Assembly: GCA_964016885.1 (NCBI GenBank)
Contig: OZ024743.1
Location: 201,066,001-201,130,000, forward strand
Direction: 5' to 3'
Length of the DNA: 64,000 nt
Source: Eledone cirrhosa
Lineage: Eukaryota
Position 1 is the stretch's first letter. Every line of letters begins with the position of its first letter. Shown piece by piece: positions 1 to 16,717 of the stretch. A program made the position numbers and the translations under genes. Under the pieces are notes generated by a model, which saw only the letters and a program-made list of their open reading frames with translations, was not told the DNA's origin and did not search any database.

Positions 1-448
1 TCAGTGTTTTTTACAGATACAATAACAAAACCAAAACAACCAAAAAACCCCCAAAATATCAAAATCAGCCACACTTTATCTTGGACAGACTTCTTTCTAA
101 TGTGTGTTGACAAAATTGACATGTAAATTGCAGATAGACAGCAAGTTGCCAGTTAAAAATATATATTAAAAAAAAACTCTGTAAAACGTGCTCTCACATT
201 TTAACTTAATGGTTATAAAAATATGTTTTTTTAAATGTTATTACTCTTTTATTTTCTATTCATTTTTTTTTATTGGCTGCAGTCATTAAACTGCAGCCAT
301 GCTGGGTGGGGCAGCACCCTAAAGGGATTTTATTCGATCCTATCGACCCTAGTATTTATTTTATCAAGTCTGGTACTTATTTTATTGATCACATTTTTTT
401 TGTCAAAATATTAAATTACAGAAAACAGACACAGACTTAAATGGAAAA

Positions 449-700
449 ACACAGAGAGAGATGGTGACATGGTCTAAAGACAAAAATAGATTGTGACATT
501 GTCTAATGACAGAGATAGACTGTGACATGGTCTAAAGACAAAGATAGACTGTAACATGGTCAAAAGGCAGAGAGAGACAGTGACATGGTCTAAAGACAGA
601 GATAGACTGTGACATGGTCTAAAGGCAGAGATAGTCTGTCACATGGTTGAAAGACAGAGAGAGACTGCGACATGATTTAAAGACGGAGATAGACTGTCAT
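449..700. repeat. 29-bp minisatellite, ~8.5 diverged units (consensus gtgacatggtctaaagacagagatagact)
   Basis: gtgac anchors at 464, 493 and 522 give a 29-bp period. Confidence 0.85.
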
Positions 701-1821
701 AGTCATTTGGAGAGAATAATCTCAAACAAGATATATTTTTCCTGAAGCTCTCCATAAAGTTGAAGTCTTCAGTTATGTGGCTAAATCTCAGTTATATACA
801 CATATATAGATACATATACACACTCACACACACACATATATATATCTTACGCTTACAAACAAACTGCTTTCTACTCAATGTGACAAATTAGATATCATTT
901 CAAAGCGATTAAATCAGGGACCAAACACTTACACTAACCTTAATTAGTCACACTACACTTGATAGTTAAATGATCTGCAGTCATAACAATTTTCTGACTT
1001 AATGGATCCACATTACTATAGTCATGTAAGTTTAGGCTTCCAACAGTCACATCTTATACAAGGACCTTAAATATATATATATATACATATATTATTATTA
1101 TAATTATAATAATAATAATAATAATAACAACAACAACAATAATAATAATAACAACAAACAGAAGTCCTCATATCTTCCAATGTATGTCAAGACTAATGGA
1201 AAGTGTATTTTAATATGATATATGAAATTACTTGCTAAGGGAAATATCATAACATCATATGATATGCGTTATTTCTTAAGTGATAAACTTCTTACAAAAA
1301 CGAAAACTAAGCATGTGAATTATTTGTGTTTCTTCTTAAAGGCTAAAAACTATATATAGGGATAGTTAACGAATCAAGTTTATTGGATTACAGGAATGGA
1401 ATTGTATTGACAATTTTAAATTTTATGCCTGAAAACCAATAGTTATTATAATGTAGACTATAAAAAAATTGTCTTAAATATCAAACTGGAGACATACCAT
1501 GTTGATAATTGATTTTGATAGTAGATTAGAAATATATCAGGCTGTGAATTATTTAGTGAGCCAGGATCAGACAACAAAGACTTGTGAAATATGAGAGTTC
1601 ACAGATGTAACTAAAGAAGGTTAACATTTTTTAAAAGTAATCCCCAAATATTTTGACATTGGTGAGACCAACTGAACTCATGTAGGCATAGCAATACACA
1701 TGAAAATAATTTACACAAAATTGTATACAAATCATTAACAAGAACTTGAGATGTCAAAAGAACTACAAAGCTGGAAAGACAAAGACCGTTGTTGTTGTTG
1801 TTGTCGTCATCATTATCATTA

Positions 1822-1960
1822 AATCCCACTGAGGTTAACTTTACTTTTCATCCCTCCGAGTTTGATAAAGTAAAGTACTAGTTAAATAGTGGGGGATCAA
1901 TATAATCGACTGTAACCATTCCCCTGCCTCAAAACTTCTCATTTTGTGTCAGCATTAGAA
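1822..1960 (+). mobile_element. partial tRNA-derived SINE (family A-like, 5' truncated)
   Basis: aaatcccactgaggttaactttacttttcatcc...gataaagtaaagtac matches the family A body. Confidence 0.6.
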
Positions 1961-2324
1961 GTTGTTATTATTTGGGGGTTTTGCTGTGACAGACAACTTT
2001 ATCAGAGCTTCATTATACATTAATCTGTGTGATTCTTCTCCTTTTCTTCGCCTACTTATTCCTGAAATGGTCGTGGGAGTAGAGTCCTCAAACACTCCCT
2101 TCAGTGGGTCTTGTCAGAAGCAACTATCTCCAACTGATCCAGTTGGATCCCCAAGTGAGACTAGCCAAGTTCATGGATGTTATCCAACCATCTTGCTCGA
2201 GGTCTACCCCTGGATCTCATGTCAGTTGGTTTTTGCCCATAACATTTCTTTCCTGAGACATTCTAACCACATGCCCATAGCATTAAGTAATCAGAAGAAG
2301 GGAGGTAGGTGTAAAAGCCAAACT

Positions 2325-2560
2325 CGCTGTCTTCAATTTGGTATTCATGCCAACCCTTACCTATAGACATGAATCCTGGGGGTGTGTGTGTGTGGGGGGG
2401 GGGGGGGGGGTGACCAAAAGAATACGATCACAAATACAAGCAGCTGAAATGGAATTCCTCGGAAGAGTCTTTGGAGTAAAGTTACTCCAAGAATTCATAG
2501 CTCGAAGATCAGAAAGTCACTCCAAGTAGAGACACTACTTCTCCAAATAGAGAGATCTGT
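2325..2560 (+). mobile_element. old RTE (BovB/Expander-like) LINE RT C-terminal fragment
   Basis: translation PTLTYRHESW...RIRSQIQAAEMEFLGRV resembles the RTE LxYGxESW...IxAxEM motif. Confidence 0.55.
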
Positions 2561-2948
2561 GTGATTATTTTTCAAAAAATATACACAAGCTGTATGTGTC
2601 TAGTTTAAAATATGGTACACCATATAACTGAGTGATGTAAGAAACAACTAAATGGGTTGGTGTCAGGAATGGCATTCAGCTGTAAAACATTGCTCCACAA
2701 AATCCCATCAAACCCATGCCAGTATGGAAAATTATACACAAAAATGATTATGATGATATGTAGTAGAGAAATAGCAATTTGAATGAAACATTCAAATGAG
2801 GATTCTCTCTATACTCAAACTTCTATTATTACACATGTACAGTCCTTCAATTCTAGGAAAATATGTAGTTTTCATGTCTGGCACTACCATTAAAATTAAC
2901 GAGGCAACTACCTAAAGTGAAAATTTGAGAAATTCATATTATTGAACC

Positions 2949-3113
2949 TTAATCTGTTAGCATTTAAACCGGCTGTATCCGTCCAGAATTCTTTCCCCTT
3001 TTTGAAACCAGCCATAACCATCAGTTCACACCAATGTTAAGATATTGTTCTTAAAATAAACAATAACATCTTCAAAATCTTGTAGACTTGAGATTATGTG
3101 AGATAAAGCCTTT
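2949..3113. mobile_element. TTAA-flanked piggyBac-like MITE fragment
   Basis: ttaa+tctgttagcatttaaaccgg; reverse complement of the right part of 31862-32050 and 35212-35408. Confidence 0.55.
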
Positions 3114-3114
3114 A

Positions 3115-3585
3115 CCTTCTTCTTCTTCTTCGGCTGAGTTTACACTCGCAAACATTCAGCACGCTTTCTCCAATCGTCCTGGTTGAGCATGACATTTCTC
3201 AGTTCATCGATGTTATCAATGCTGGAATCTCTCAGCAGGGTATCAATGAATGAGATGGCCTGTCTCCCGTGCTTCTTCGTCTGACCGCCGGTTTCCAGAG
3301 TACAAGTTGTGATGCTACCTCTTCTGGATGACGGATGCAGTGCTCAGCCAGTTTCATTTGTCTGCAGGCAACCTTTTTGAGATTGGTGGTAGTGATCTGT
3401 ATAGTTCTTTATTTGTCAGCTTCTGTTTCCAAGAAATGTTGAGAGCCATTTTCAACATCCTTGTGTAACGTCTGTCAAGTCTCTTGTATAACATTTTGTC
3501 AATAGTCCATGTTTCACTGCTGTAAAGCAGGATGGACTCAACAGTTGCTAAGAAGAGGTGCTCCTTGATTTTGTAGTTTAGGTCC
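3115..3585 (-). mobile_element. 5'-truncated RTE-like LINE (distinct family, (GAA)n tail)
   Basis: ORF 3354-3638 contains LFLATVESILLYSSETWT...LDRRYTRMLKMALNISWKQKLTNKELY; (TTC)n at 3116-3131. Confidence 0.75.
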
Positions 3586-4290
3586 CTCTCACACACAATA
3601 CTAACCTTATCTCTATAGTGACCAGCTCTCTCCCCCAATGCTGACCTTCTGTCTCATTCAATACTAACCTTCTGATGCTATGGTGTTTCTTTTTCAACTC
3701 TTCAGTGCTGAGCCAATCTCTCTGAGTCAAAAGTACTTTCTATCTAGAGTGCTTACCATCTATGGAGCACAGCGCTTCTAGGCTTCAACACTCACCAGTA
3801 GTAATAAATCAGTGCAGAGGCAAAGTTAATCCATGGAATCTAATTTCAGAGCATTAACCATTAATAAGACGAGAGAAAAAGCGAGTAAAGGGAGTGAGGC
3901 ATTATTCCCCCACCTCCACACACACACCATACACACCCTCCTCTGTATCTTCTTTGCTCAAGTGCTCTGATGAAAACTAACAAATGAAATAATATACACT
4001 GAGAGAGAGAGTTCTATGAACAAAAAAAAACATTTAAGTCAAGAAATAAAAGCATAATAAACAAAAATGTAAAGTAATTAAAAACAAATAATGAGGAAAA
4101 GGAAAATAAGAAAATAAATATTATTTTATTTGCCATAAGGGCAACAATACAGCACAATACAAAACCAATCCTACACAAATAAACAAACACATTATAACAT
4201 AAATGTTTGTATAAGGTTACAAATATAAATATATAAATATATAATCATAACATATATATATGCTATATACATAATTATAACATATACATG

Positions 4291-4333
<43 letters not shown>

Positions 4334-4375
4334 TAAATATTTAATTATGACATATATGCTGTATATATAGATGTG

Positions 4376-4436
<61 letters not shown>

Positions 4437-4696
4437 GTATATATATTTTTATATCTATATATATATATGTATGTATATATATTGTATATTATTATCATCA
4501 GAATTATTTTATGTCTGCATTTTCATGCTGAGGATGGTGGGAGGGTGGAAGGATCGTCATAGTTCAAGTCAGTTCTTATTTGGAGTTACTGCTCTCCTAG
4601 ACAGGCTGGGAACCATGTCTCACTTGTACATTTTATTTCTGACATAGTTTCTAAGGCTAGATGCAGTTCCTTTTGCCAACTACCTTAATGATTAAT

Positions 4697-4870
4697 ATAA
4701 TTGTTTCTACTTTTGGCACAAGGCCAGCAATTATCCCAGTGCATTACTGGTACTTTGTTTTATCGACCCTGTAAGGAAGAAAGGCAAAGTTAACCTCGGC
4801 GGGATTTGAACTCAGACTGTAAAGGGACATAACAATGCTGGAAAGCATGTCGTCTGACCCTCTACTGATA
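4697..4870 (-). mobile_element. tRNA-derived SINE family A
   Basis: B-box gagttcaaatcccgccgaggttaactttgcct on the minus strand; more than 10 copies in the window. Confidence 0.85.
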
Positions 4871-5310
4871 TTTTATAGAATATAATGAAGGTATTTTATC
4901 ATGAAACCAACACTAGAGTGGGTGGTTTACCACTGGCAAGACTAAAGACAACTCTCTATGTCATATTATCTTTATATGTTCTTTAACCAATACCAGAGAA
5001 TTGCTTGATCCGTCTTCTCTGTCTTGTCCCAATACATTCATTATTCTCTTTCTCACACAATAAAATGTCTACGGGGTGGTGGTAACTTTTCTGACTGAAG
5101 AGCAGATTGATAATAGAGTCGGGTCTATAACTTCTATGGGTTCTCCTGAACCAATCCCCTGCAAAATGTACATAACAGGTTGATACAGAATAAGAATCTA
5201 AATACATGTAAATGAAACTTCATTGTTCTGATTAATATATACACTCTGTCTGTGCATTGAGTGCCTGTTCTGGTACCACCACCAGTAATTCACTGAATAA
5301 CCTACACTAT

Positions 5311-5560
5311 ATCATCATCATCATCATCATCATCAGCGTTTAACGTCCGTGTTCCACGCTTGCATGGGTTTGGACGGGGGTAGTCCCACTTGAGGCAAGA
5401 GTGATTGTCTTGCTCGCATAGGACTGTCTGGCAGGTTTTCTACAGTTGGATGCCCTTCCTAACACCAACCACATTTACAGTGTGGGTCTGGGAGGTTTTT
5501 ACCGTGTTGCCTACACGGCCACATTACAGCGTGGACTGTGTGTTTTTTTGTCGTGACACC

Positions 5561-5562
<2 letters not shown>
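5311..5562 (-). mobile_element. RTE LINE 3'UTR fragment (main family)
   Basis: near-identical reverse complement of 54086-54338; (CAT)n tail; truncated end abuts (TA)n. Confidence 0.9.
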
Positions 5563-5658
<96 letters not shown>

Positions 5659-6004
5659 TACATATATATATAAACACACACACTCACATATATATATATA
5701 ATCTAGTCACAAACTGTCCTATAAGAGCAAGACACTGTCACCTGACCCAACTTGCTTCTAATGGGAAAACTCATCTAATCCATGCTAGCGTGGAAAATGG
5801 TTGTTAAACGATAATAATGATGATGATGATGATGATATATATTCCTGCTATTTCAAGTGTTAACCTAATATATTCCTTCCATATACTGTAACGATTGTGT
5901 TGTTATTTCTCTTTACCTTTTACATATACATATACACACACACACATATATATATATATATATGTATATATATACACACATACACATATATATATATATA
6001 TATG

Positions 6005-6095
<91 letters not shown>

Positions 6096-6352
6096 TGATA
6101 TACATGCTGAACTTTCTTCTGGATGGAATTTGCAGAAGTTCTTCCTGATGCATGCTAATATGATATGTCATATATTGTCATGGATCATGTGACTAGCTTA
6201 TGATGTAATTGTGTTATATAAAACTTTCAACTTTTATTACTCTTCTCCTCTTTCAGTCTTCTGATGACTTACTACACTTCTCGAGACAAGGGCTGTTTGC
6301 ACAAAACTCTGTAACATATGTCTATCTAATTCTAGTTCATAAACTGTGTGTG

Positions 6353-6390
<38 letters not shown>

Positions 6391-6398
6391 TATATATA

Positions 6399-6441
<43 letters not shown>

Positions 6442-6447
<6 letters not shown>

Positions 6448-9400
6448 GGAAAAAATGAAACGATATTTCATTTCCCACTCTTAGTACGGCTGTTACTTAA
6501 ATATAAGTATGTACACGTACATACATATATGTATACCGACGTACAGTAGTATGTATATATATATATACATACATGCACACATATATATATGCACGTATGG
6601 ATTCACCGAACATTTATTATAATGCTCGGTGTGTTTGTAAACAAACATCCCGTATTAAGCCGTAGTGTCTAGCAACCACCGTTGCTCGTTTGTTCAACAC
6701 TGACAAAGGAACGCTGTACTAGTTTCAAGCTTGTTAGCTATCGTCAGCAACGTATACCTTCCTGCCAGATTGTTGAACGTATATACTTACCTTATGCATA
6801 TTAACGGCTGAGTAGCCCAATATGCATATCGAGTGGGTTAATCGGCCGGGTGCACCGAAAACGATAAACGGAAAAAATGAAACGATATTTCATTTCCCAC
6901 TCTTAGTACGGCTGTTACTTAAATATAAGTATGTACACGTACATACATATATGTATACCGACGTACAGTAGTATGTATATATATATATACATACATGCAC
7001 ACATATATATATGCACGTATGGATTCACCGAACATTTATTATAATGCTCGGTGTGTTTGTAAACAAACATCCCGTATTAAGCCGTAGTGTCTAGCAACCA
7101 CCGTTGCTCGTTTGTTCAACACTGACAAAGGAACGCTGTACTAGTTTCAAGCTTGTTAGCTATCGTCAGCAACGTATACCTTCCTGCCAGATTGTTGAAC
7201 GTATATACTTACCTTATGCATATTAACGGCTGAGTAGCCCAATATGCATATCGAGTGGGTTAATCGGCCGGGTGCACCGAAAACGATAAACGGAAAAAAT
7301 GAAACGATATTTCATTTCCCACTCTTAGTACGGCTGTTACTTAAATATAAGTATGTACACGTACATACATATATGTATACCGACGTACAGTAGTATGTAT
7401 ATATATATATACATACATGCACACATATATATATGCACGTATGGATTCACCGAACATTTATTATAATGCTCGGTGTGTTTGTAAACAAACATCCCGTATT
7501 AAGCCGTAGTGTCTAGCAACCACCGTTGCTCGTTTGTTCAACACTGACAAAGGAACGCTGTACTAGTTTCAAGCTTGTTAGCTATCGTCAGCAACGTATA
7601 CCTTCCTGCCAGATTGTTGAACGTATATACTTACCTTATGCATATTAACGGCTGAGTAGCCCAATATGCATATCGAGTGGGTTAATCGGCCGGGTGCACC
7701 GAAAACGATAAACGGAAAAAATGAAACGATATTTCATTTCCCACTCTTAGTACGGCTGTTACTTAAATATAAGTATGTACACGTACATACATATATGTAT
7801 ACCGACGTACAGTAGTATGTATATATATATATACATACATGCACACATATATATATGCACGTATGGATTCACCGAACATTTATTATAATGCTCGGTGTGT
7901 TTGTAAACAAACATCCCGTATTAAGCCGTAGTGTCTAGCAACCACCGTTGCTCGTTTGTTCAACACTGACAAAGGAACGCTGTACTAGTTTCAAGCTTGT
8001 TAGCTATCGTCAGCAACGTATACCTTCCTGCCAGATTGTTGAACGTATATACTTACCTTATGCATATTAACGGCTGAGTAGCCCAATATGCATATCGAGT
8101 GGGTTAATCGGCCGGGTGCACCGAAAACGATAAACGGAAAAAATGAAACGATATTTCATTTCCCACTCTTAGTACGGCTGTTACTTAAATATAAGTATGT
8201 ACACGTACATACATATATGTATACCGACGTACAGTAGTATGTATATATATATATACATACATGCACACATATATATATGCACGTATGGATTCACCGAACA
8301 TTTATTATAATGCTCGGTGTGTTTGTAAACAAACATCCCGTATTAAGCCGTAGTGTCTAGCAACCACCGTTGCTCGTTTGTTCAACACTGACAAAGGAAC
8401 GCTGTACTAGTTTCAAGCTTGTTAGCTATCGTCAGCAACGTATACCTTCCTGCCAGATTGTTGAACGTATATACTTACCTTATGCATATTAACGGCTGAG
8501 TAGCCCAATATGCATATCGAGTGGGTTAATCGGCCGGGTGCACCGAAAACGATAAACGGAAAAAATGAAACGATATTTCATTTCCCACTCTTAGTACGGC
8601 TGTTACTTAAATATAAGTATGTACACGTACATACATATATGTATACCGACGTACAGTAGTATGTATATATATATATACATACATGCACACATATATATAT
8701 GCACGTATGGATTCACCGAACATTTATTATAATGCTCGGTGTGTTTGTAAACAAACATCCCGTATTAAGCCGTAGTGTCTAGCAACCACCGTTGCTCGTT
8801 TGTTCAACACTGACAAAGGAACGCTGTACTAGTTTCAAGCTTGTTAGCTATCGTCAGCAACGTATACCTTCCTGCCAGATTGTTGAACGTATATACTTAC
8901 CTTATGCATATTAACGGCTGAGTAGCCCAATATGCATATCGAGTGGGTTAATCGGCCGGGTGCACCGAAAACGATAAACGGAAAAAATGAAACGATATTT
9001 CATTTCCCACTCTTAGTACGGCTGTTACTTAAATATAAGTATGTACACGTACATACATATATGTATACCGACGTACATTAGTATGTATATATATATATAC
9101 ATACATGCACACATATATATATGCACGTATGGATTCACCGAACATTTATTATAATGCTCGGTGTGTTTGTAAACAAACATCCCGTATTAAGCCGTAGTGT
9201 CTAGCAACCACCGTTGCTCGTTTGTTCAACACTGACAAAGGAACGCTGTACTAGTTTCAAGCTTGTTAGCTATCGTCAGCAACGTATACCTTCCTGCCAG
9301 ATTGTTGAACGTATATACTTACCTTATGCATATTAACGGCTGAGTAGCCCAATATGCATATCGAGTGGGTTAATCGGCCGGGTGCACCGAAAACGATAAA

Positions 9401-9824
9401 CGGAAAAAATGAAACGATATTTCATTTCCCACTCTTAGTACGGCTGTTACTTAAATATAAGTATGTACACGTACATACATATATGTATACCGACGTACAG
9501 TAGTATGTATATATATATATACATACATGCACACATATATATATGCACGTATGGATTCACCGAACATTTATTATAATGCTCGGTGTGTTTGTAAACAAAC
9601 ATCCCGTATTAAGCCGTAGTGTCTAGCAACCACCGTTGCTCGTTTGTTCAACACTGACAAAGGAACGCTGTACTAGTTTCAAGCTTGTTAGCTATCGTCA
9701 GCAACGTATACCTTCCTGCCAGATTGTTGAACGTATATACTTACCTTATGCATATTAACGGCTGAGTAGCCCAATATGCATATCGAGTGGGTTAATCGGC
9801 CGGGTGCACCGAAAACGATAAACG
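6442..9824 (-). repeat. 8 tandem 422-bp hammerhead-containing units (left arm of palindromic retrozyme-like array; ribozyme sense on minus)
   Basis: aaacggaaaaaatg recurs at 6444, 6866, 7288 ... 9398, with a final partial aaacg at 9820; only one substitution seen (9078 g>t). Confidence 0.97.
6707..6763 (-). ncRNA. type I hammerhead ribozyme (first of 8 minus-strand copies: 6707, 7129, 7551, 7973, 8395, 8817, 9239, 9661)
   Basis: minus strand ACGUUG-CUGACGA-U-AGCU-AACA-AGCU-U-GAAA-CUAG-UA|CAGCGU. Confidence 0.85.
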
Positions 9825-9830
9825 TGTACG

Positions 9831-12527
<2,697 letters not shown>

Positions 12528-12700
12528 CGAAGGAATTGTGGTAAGGAACCAGATGGACCATAACGCACCAGAGTACTCAATACTTAGGGTAGTAGAGTGG
12601 GAAATAGGAAAAAGTATGACCCCGACGTTAGAGCTCAAGCCGTTTCGACGGCTTCAGCTCTGCCGTCGGGGTCATACTTTTTCCTATATATATAATTATA
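12528..12700. mobile_element. fold-back element in (TA)n (hairpin ~12605-12686); relatives at 13470-13680 and 51137-51220
   Basis: taggaaaaagtatgaccccgacg ... cgtcggggtcatactttttccta; shared agctc.gccgtcggggtc motif. Confidence 0.6.
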
Positions 12701-12718
12701 TAAATATATATATATACA

Positions 12719-12814
<96 letters not shown>

Positions 12815-12884
12815 GATATATATATATACACGTACACACATATATATATGTGTATTTGTATATATATTTATATACATGTGTGTG

Positions 12885-12944
<60 letters not shown>

Positions 12945-13227
12945 TATATATATAGTTTCTCACATCAAAGGCACTCTGAAATTGTTCAGTGAGTCTGCTC
13001 TCATTAACATATACTTAATAAGACATCCTCTCATAAACAGTAGACGTATGACAGTAGATACGCAGTATTATTTCACTTCACAGTCACACTGCATCTAAAG
13101 CTAAAAGGAACACATGCCTTTTGGGATTTTTAAGAATAGAACAACTAAAGTGTTGCATATTGAACCAAACACATACATTCACAAACATACTAATACTTCA
13201 TAAGTTGATATTATGTGTATACAATGA

Positions 13228-13420
13228 TAATAATTGTTACTACTTTTGGCACAAGGCCAGCAATTATTCCAATACATTACTGGTACTTTATTTTATCGAC
13301 CCTGTAAAGATGAAAGGCAAAGTGAACCTCGGCGGGATTTGAACTCAGACCGTAAAGGGGCGTAACTCTATGCTGCAAAACATGGCGTCCGACCTTCTGC
13401 CGATACTGCCAATCCCCCAT
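13228..13420 (-). mobile_element. tRNA-derived SINE family A
   Basis: matches the other family A copies, including A-box tggcagtatcgg and B-box gagttcaaatccc. Confidence 0.85.
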
Positions 13421-13877
13421 CCTTTATAATAATAATAGTTATACTTGCATATATATAATATATATATAATTATAAGGAAGATAGGGGTAATATTGTGTAT
13501 TACCCGATTTATATAAATCAGGATGGATTCAGTTTGAAACTGGTTAGACCATTACTCAACAGACTTGATACTTGTGGTAGTAGAATATGGTTATATTATA
13601 AAGAGTCGGGACCCCAATGGCTTCTAGCTGTTGAAATGGCAAGAGCTCAGCTGTCAGGGTCCCGATTCTTTATATGCAGGTGTATGTTTTTTTCTCCCCA
13701 ATTCTTTTTCTCATTTTCCCCATTCTTTTCTCTCATCAATCTTTACTTGCTATCTCTTCTTGCTATTGCAAATGTTAAACTTATATATTTTCTCCATGTA
13801 CCATGCTGTTTGTTTTATTTCTTTATTATTTTTGTTATTACTTTTACATATATATACTTTTACATATATATATATCT

Positions 13878-14350
13878 AAAAGTTGTTGGAAGCCACGGAG
13901 TGGGGAGATCCAAGAAGACCTGGGATAAGGTGATAAAAGCAGACCTTGCCCAATTGCACTTCTCAACGGCGAGGACATAGGACTTCGACTTCTAGCGTCA
14001 TGCAGTAATACAGAAGACCTGACTTCCCACAAGAACAAGCTGAAGCCGAAGCATATAAACAATATGTCCCCATCCCCTGCCACTGCAAAGTGGTCGTGGA
14101 GGTGTCACGACAAAAATCACCCGGCCCACACTGTAACGTGGACGTGTAGGCGCCACAAAAAAAAAAGCACCCAGCACTTACTGTAAATGAGGTTGGTGTT
14201 AGGAAGGGCATTCAGCTGTAGAAATCAAGCCCAAATCAGTTCCTGTATGAGCAAAACAAGGTCACCCGACCTAATATTGCCCACAACAGGACAACTTGTC
14301 TAATCCATGCTAGCGTGGAAGAATGGACTTAAAACGGTGATGATGATGAT
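13878..14350 (+). mobile_element. 3' end of second RTE LINE subfamily
   Basis: GSHGVGRSKKTWDKVIKADL; 3'UTR homologous to 25800-26135; (GAT)n tail. Confidence 0.8.
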
Positions 14351-14584
14351 GTATATATATATATATATATATATACGGGATAACAGGTTATCGTTATAGG
14401 CAGTCCACTTAGATGTAGTCCAGTTAGAGTACTCCATACAAAGTATTGGAGATCGATTGACGCAACATCAAGCGAGTAGTGAACTCTAGTCCTAACAGAT
14501 CAAAGAAACAATTGTCAGCAATGTGAATAAAGCCCTTATTGTATAGCCAACCATGTTACTCTTCTTTCTTAAATTATATATATG

Positions 14585-16451
14585 ACTGGCATAGCAGCAT
14601 CATCATTAACTGCTACAAGGGTAAAGGAGATGCACTAGATAGGGGTAACTATAGAGGCATTAAATTAATCGACCAGGTCATGAAGGTCACAGAAAAAGTA
14701 ATAGTGCAACTAATCAGAGAGTGAATTGATCTAGATGAAATGCAGTTTGGGTTTGTGTCAGGTAAAAGTACCACAGACGCTCTTTTCATTGTACAACAAC
14801 TACAGGAGAAGTACCTAGCTAAAAGTAAACCCCTCGACTTAGCTTTTGTAGACCTGGGAAAAGCCTTTGACAGAGTCCCCCGCTCCATTATCTGTTGGGC
14901 TCTTAGAAAACTAGGTGTTGATGAATGGCTTGTGAGAGCTATACAAGCCATGTATAAAGAAACAGTCAGCAAGGTTAGAATTAACAACGAATATAGTGAA
15001 GAGTTTAACGTAAAAGTTGGTGTTCATCAGGGCTCCGTTCTTAGCCCCCTACTATTTATTATTGCCCTTCAGGCTATAACAGAGGAGTTCAAGATCGGCT
15101 GCCCAAGGGAACTCCTATACGCAGATGATCTAACGCTCATAGCTGAATCGATGGCTGAACTAGAGAAGAAATTCCAAACATGGAAGCATGGCCTAGAATC
15201 AAAAGGCCTTAAAATTAACCTGTCTAAGACTAAAGTTCTAGTTTGTAGGAAGGAAAATAGGGCACTAGTCCCATCTGGGAAATGACCATGCTCAGAGTGT
15301 AGGAAAGGAGTAGGCAGAAACTTCATTTTATGTCCCAAATGCAAAGTATGGGTGCATAAAAGATGTAGTGGGATCACAGGTAAGCTAACTAAGAATATAG
15401 ATTTTATATGTGGCCGGTGCTCTGGTGCAATAAGTAGCAGCAAGTTCCCACAGAATACTAGCTCATTCCATTGCACAGATGGTTCTATAGAAATAGTGTT
15501 ACCTGGGTGACTAAATCAGCAGTGGTGGAGGGTGTTCTGAAAGTACAGTAGCTAGATTCAGAACGGGATGGAAAAAGTTCAGAGAGCTTATACCACTATT
15601 GGCCGCTAAAGGGTTCTCTCTAAAAATGAAAGGCAGGCTGTATGATGCCTGCATACGAACAGCCATTTTGCATGGCAGTGAGACCTGGGCATTGTGTGCA
15701 GAGGATATACGCAGACTGGAGAGGAACGAAGCTTGCATGCTCCACTGTATGTGTAATAGTAATATACGTGAACGGCAAAGCATAAACGAACTAAGGGAGA
15801 AATTAGGAATAAGAGGGATCAGATGTTGTTTACTCGAGAGAAGACTACGTTGGTACGGTCACGTGATGCGCATGAAAGACGACAGCTGTATAAAAAAGTG
15901 CAGGGCGATAAAAATAGACGGTAGCTACGGAGTAGGCAGACACAGAAAAACCTGGGACAACTTGATAAATTCCGACCTCACACACTTACACCTCTCCAAG
16001 ACAATGTCACTGGACCGAGATCTTTGGCGCTACACAGTAATACAGAAGACCCACTTTGCCTAAGTACAAAGCGAAACCTACAGTCAGTAGGCACCTCTAA
16101 CAAATATACACCCCCGTCCCACTACCCCAACCCCATCTACACCTTTCATTTCAATGTAAAGTTATGTTGGTACCACAACATCCAGTCCAAAACAAATGAG
16201 GTCATGTAGGTGTCACGACAAAAAACACACAGTCCACGCAGTAATGTGGCCATGTAGGCAACACGGTAAAAACCTCCCAGTCCACACTGTAAACGTGGTT
16301 GGTGTTAGGAAGGGCATCCAGCCGTAGAAAACCCACCAGGCAGTCCTATATGAGCAAGACAACCAATCTTGCCTCAAGTGAGAAAATTCCCGTCCAAACC
16401 CATGCAAGGGTGGAAGATGGATGTTAAACGATGATGATGATGATGATGATG
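14585..16451 (+). mobile_element. 5'-truncated, disrupted RTE LINE (main family)
   Basis: RT motifs QFGF, AFVDLGKAFDRV, GVHQGSVLSPLLF, YADD; stops and frameshift; (GAT)n tail. Confidence 0.95.
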
Positions 16452-16717
16452 ATATATATATATATAAGTTAAAACAATGAAATAAAAAATTCAAGTCATT
16501 AGAGATATACTTCACTGCTTTACGATCGTTTCTAGATGATGATAATACATTGTAGCTATACTCAGTAATTGATCTATGTAAGGTTATTTACAAACTATCA
16601 TTTTATTGTTTTCCGAGATTTATCTTAACCTACAACATTTTCAACATATGGATTACATCGAGTTCTTCATCCAGAATAGACCCCACAACTTACTGTAGAT
16701 ACCTCTGTGTGTATATA

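Noticed and set aside
449-700. CRISPR-like repeat of ~29 bp
   Set aside because: Units are contiguous with no spacers; a eukaryotic minisatellite
3957-4003. CTGATGA...GAAA hammerhead-like motif
   Set aside because: No stem II, and stem I is mismatched next to the core; plausible by chance in AT-rich DNA
4983-5207. 74-aa minus-strand ORF with a ttttgcag acceptor (possible terminal exon)
   Set aside because: No homology or partner exon can be supported from the sequence alone
14376-14580. GAAA-caattg-TC motif in a (TA)n-flanked insert
   Set aside because: Only the 3' half-core is present, with no convincing 5' box or stems
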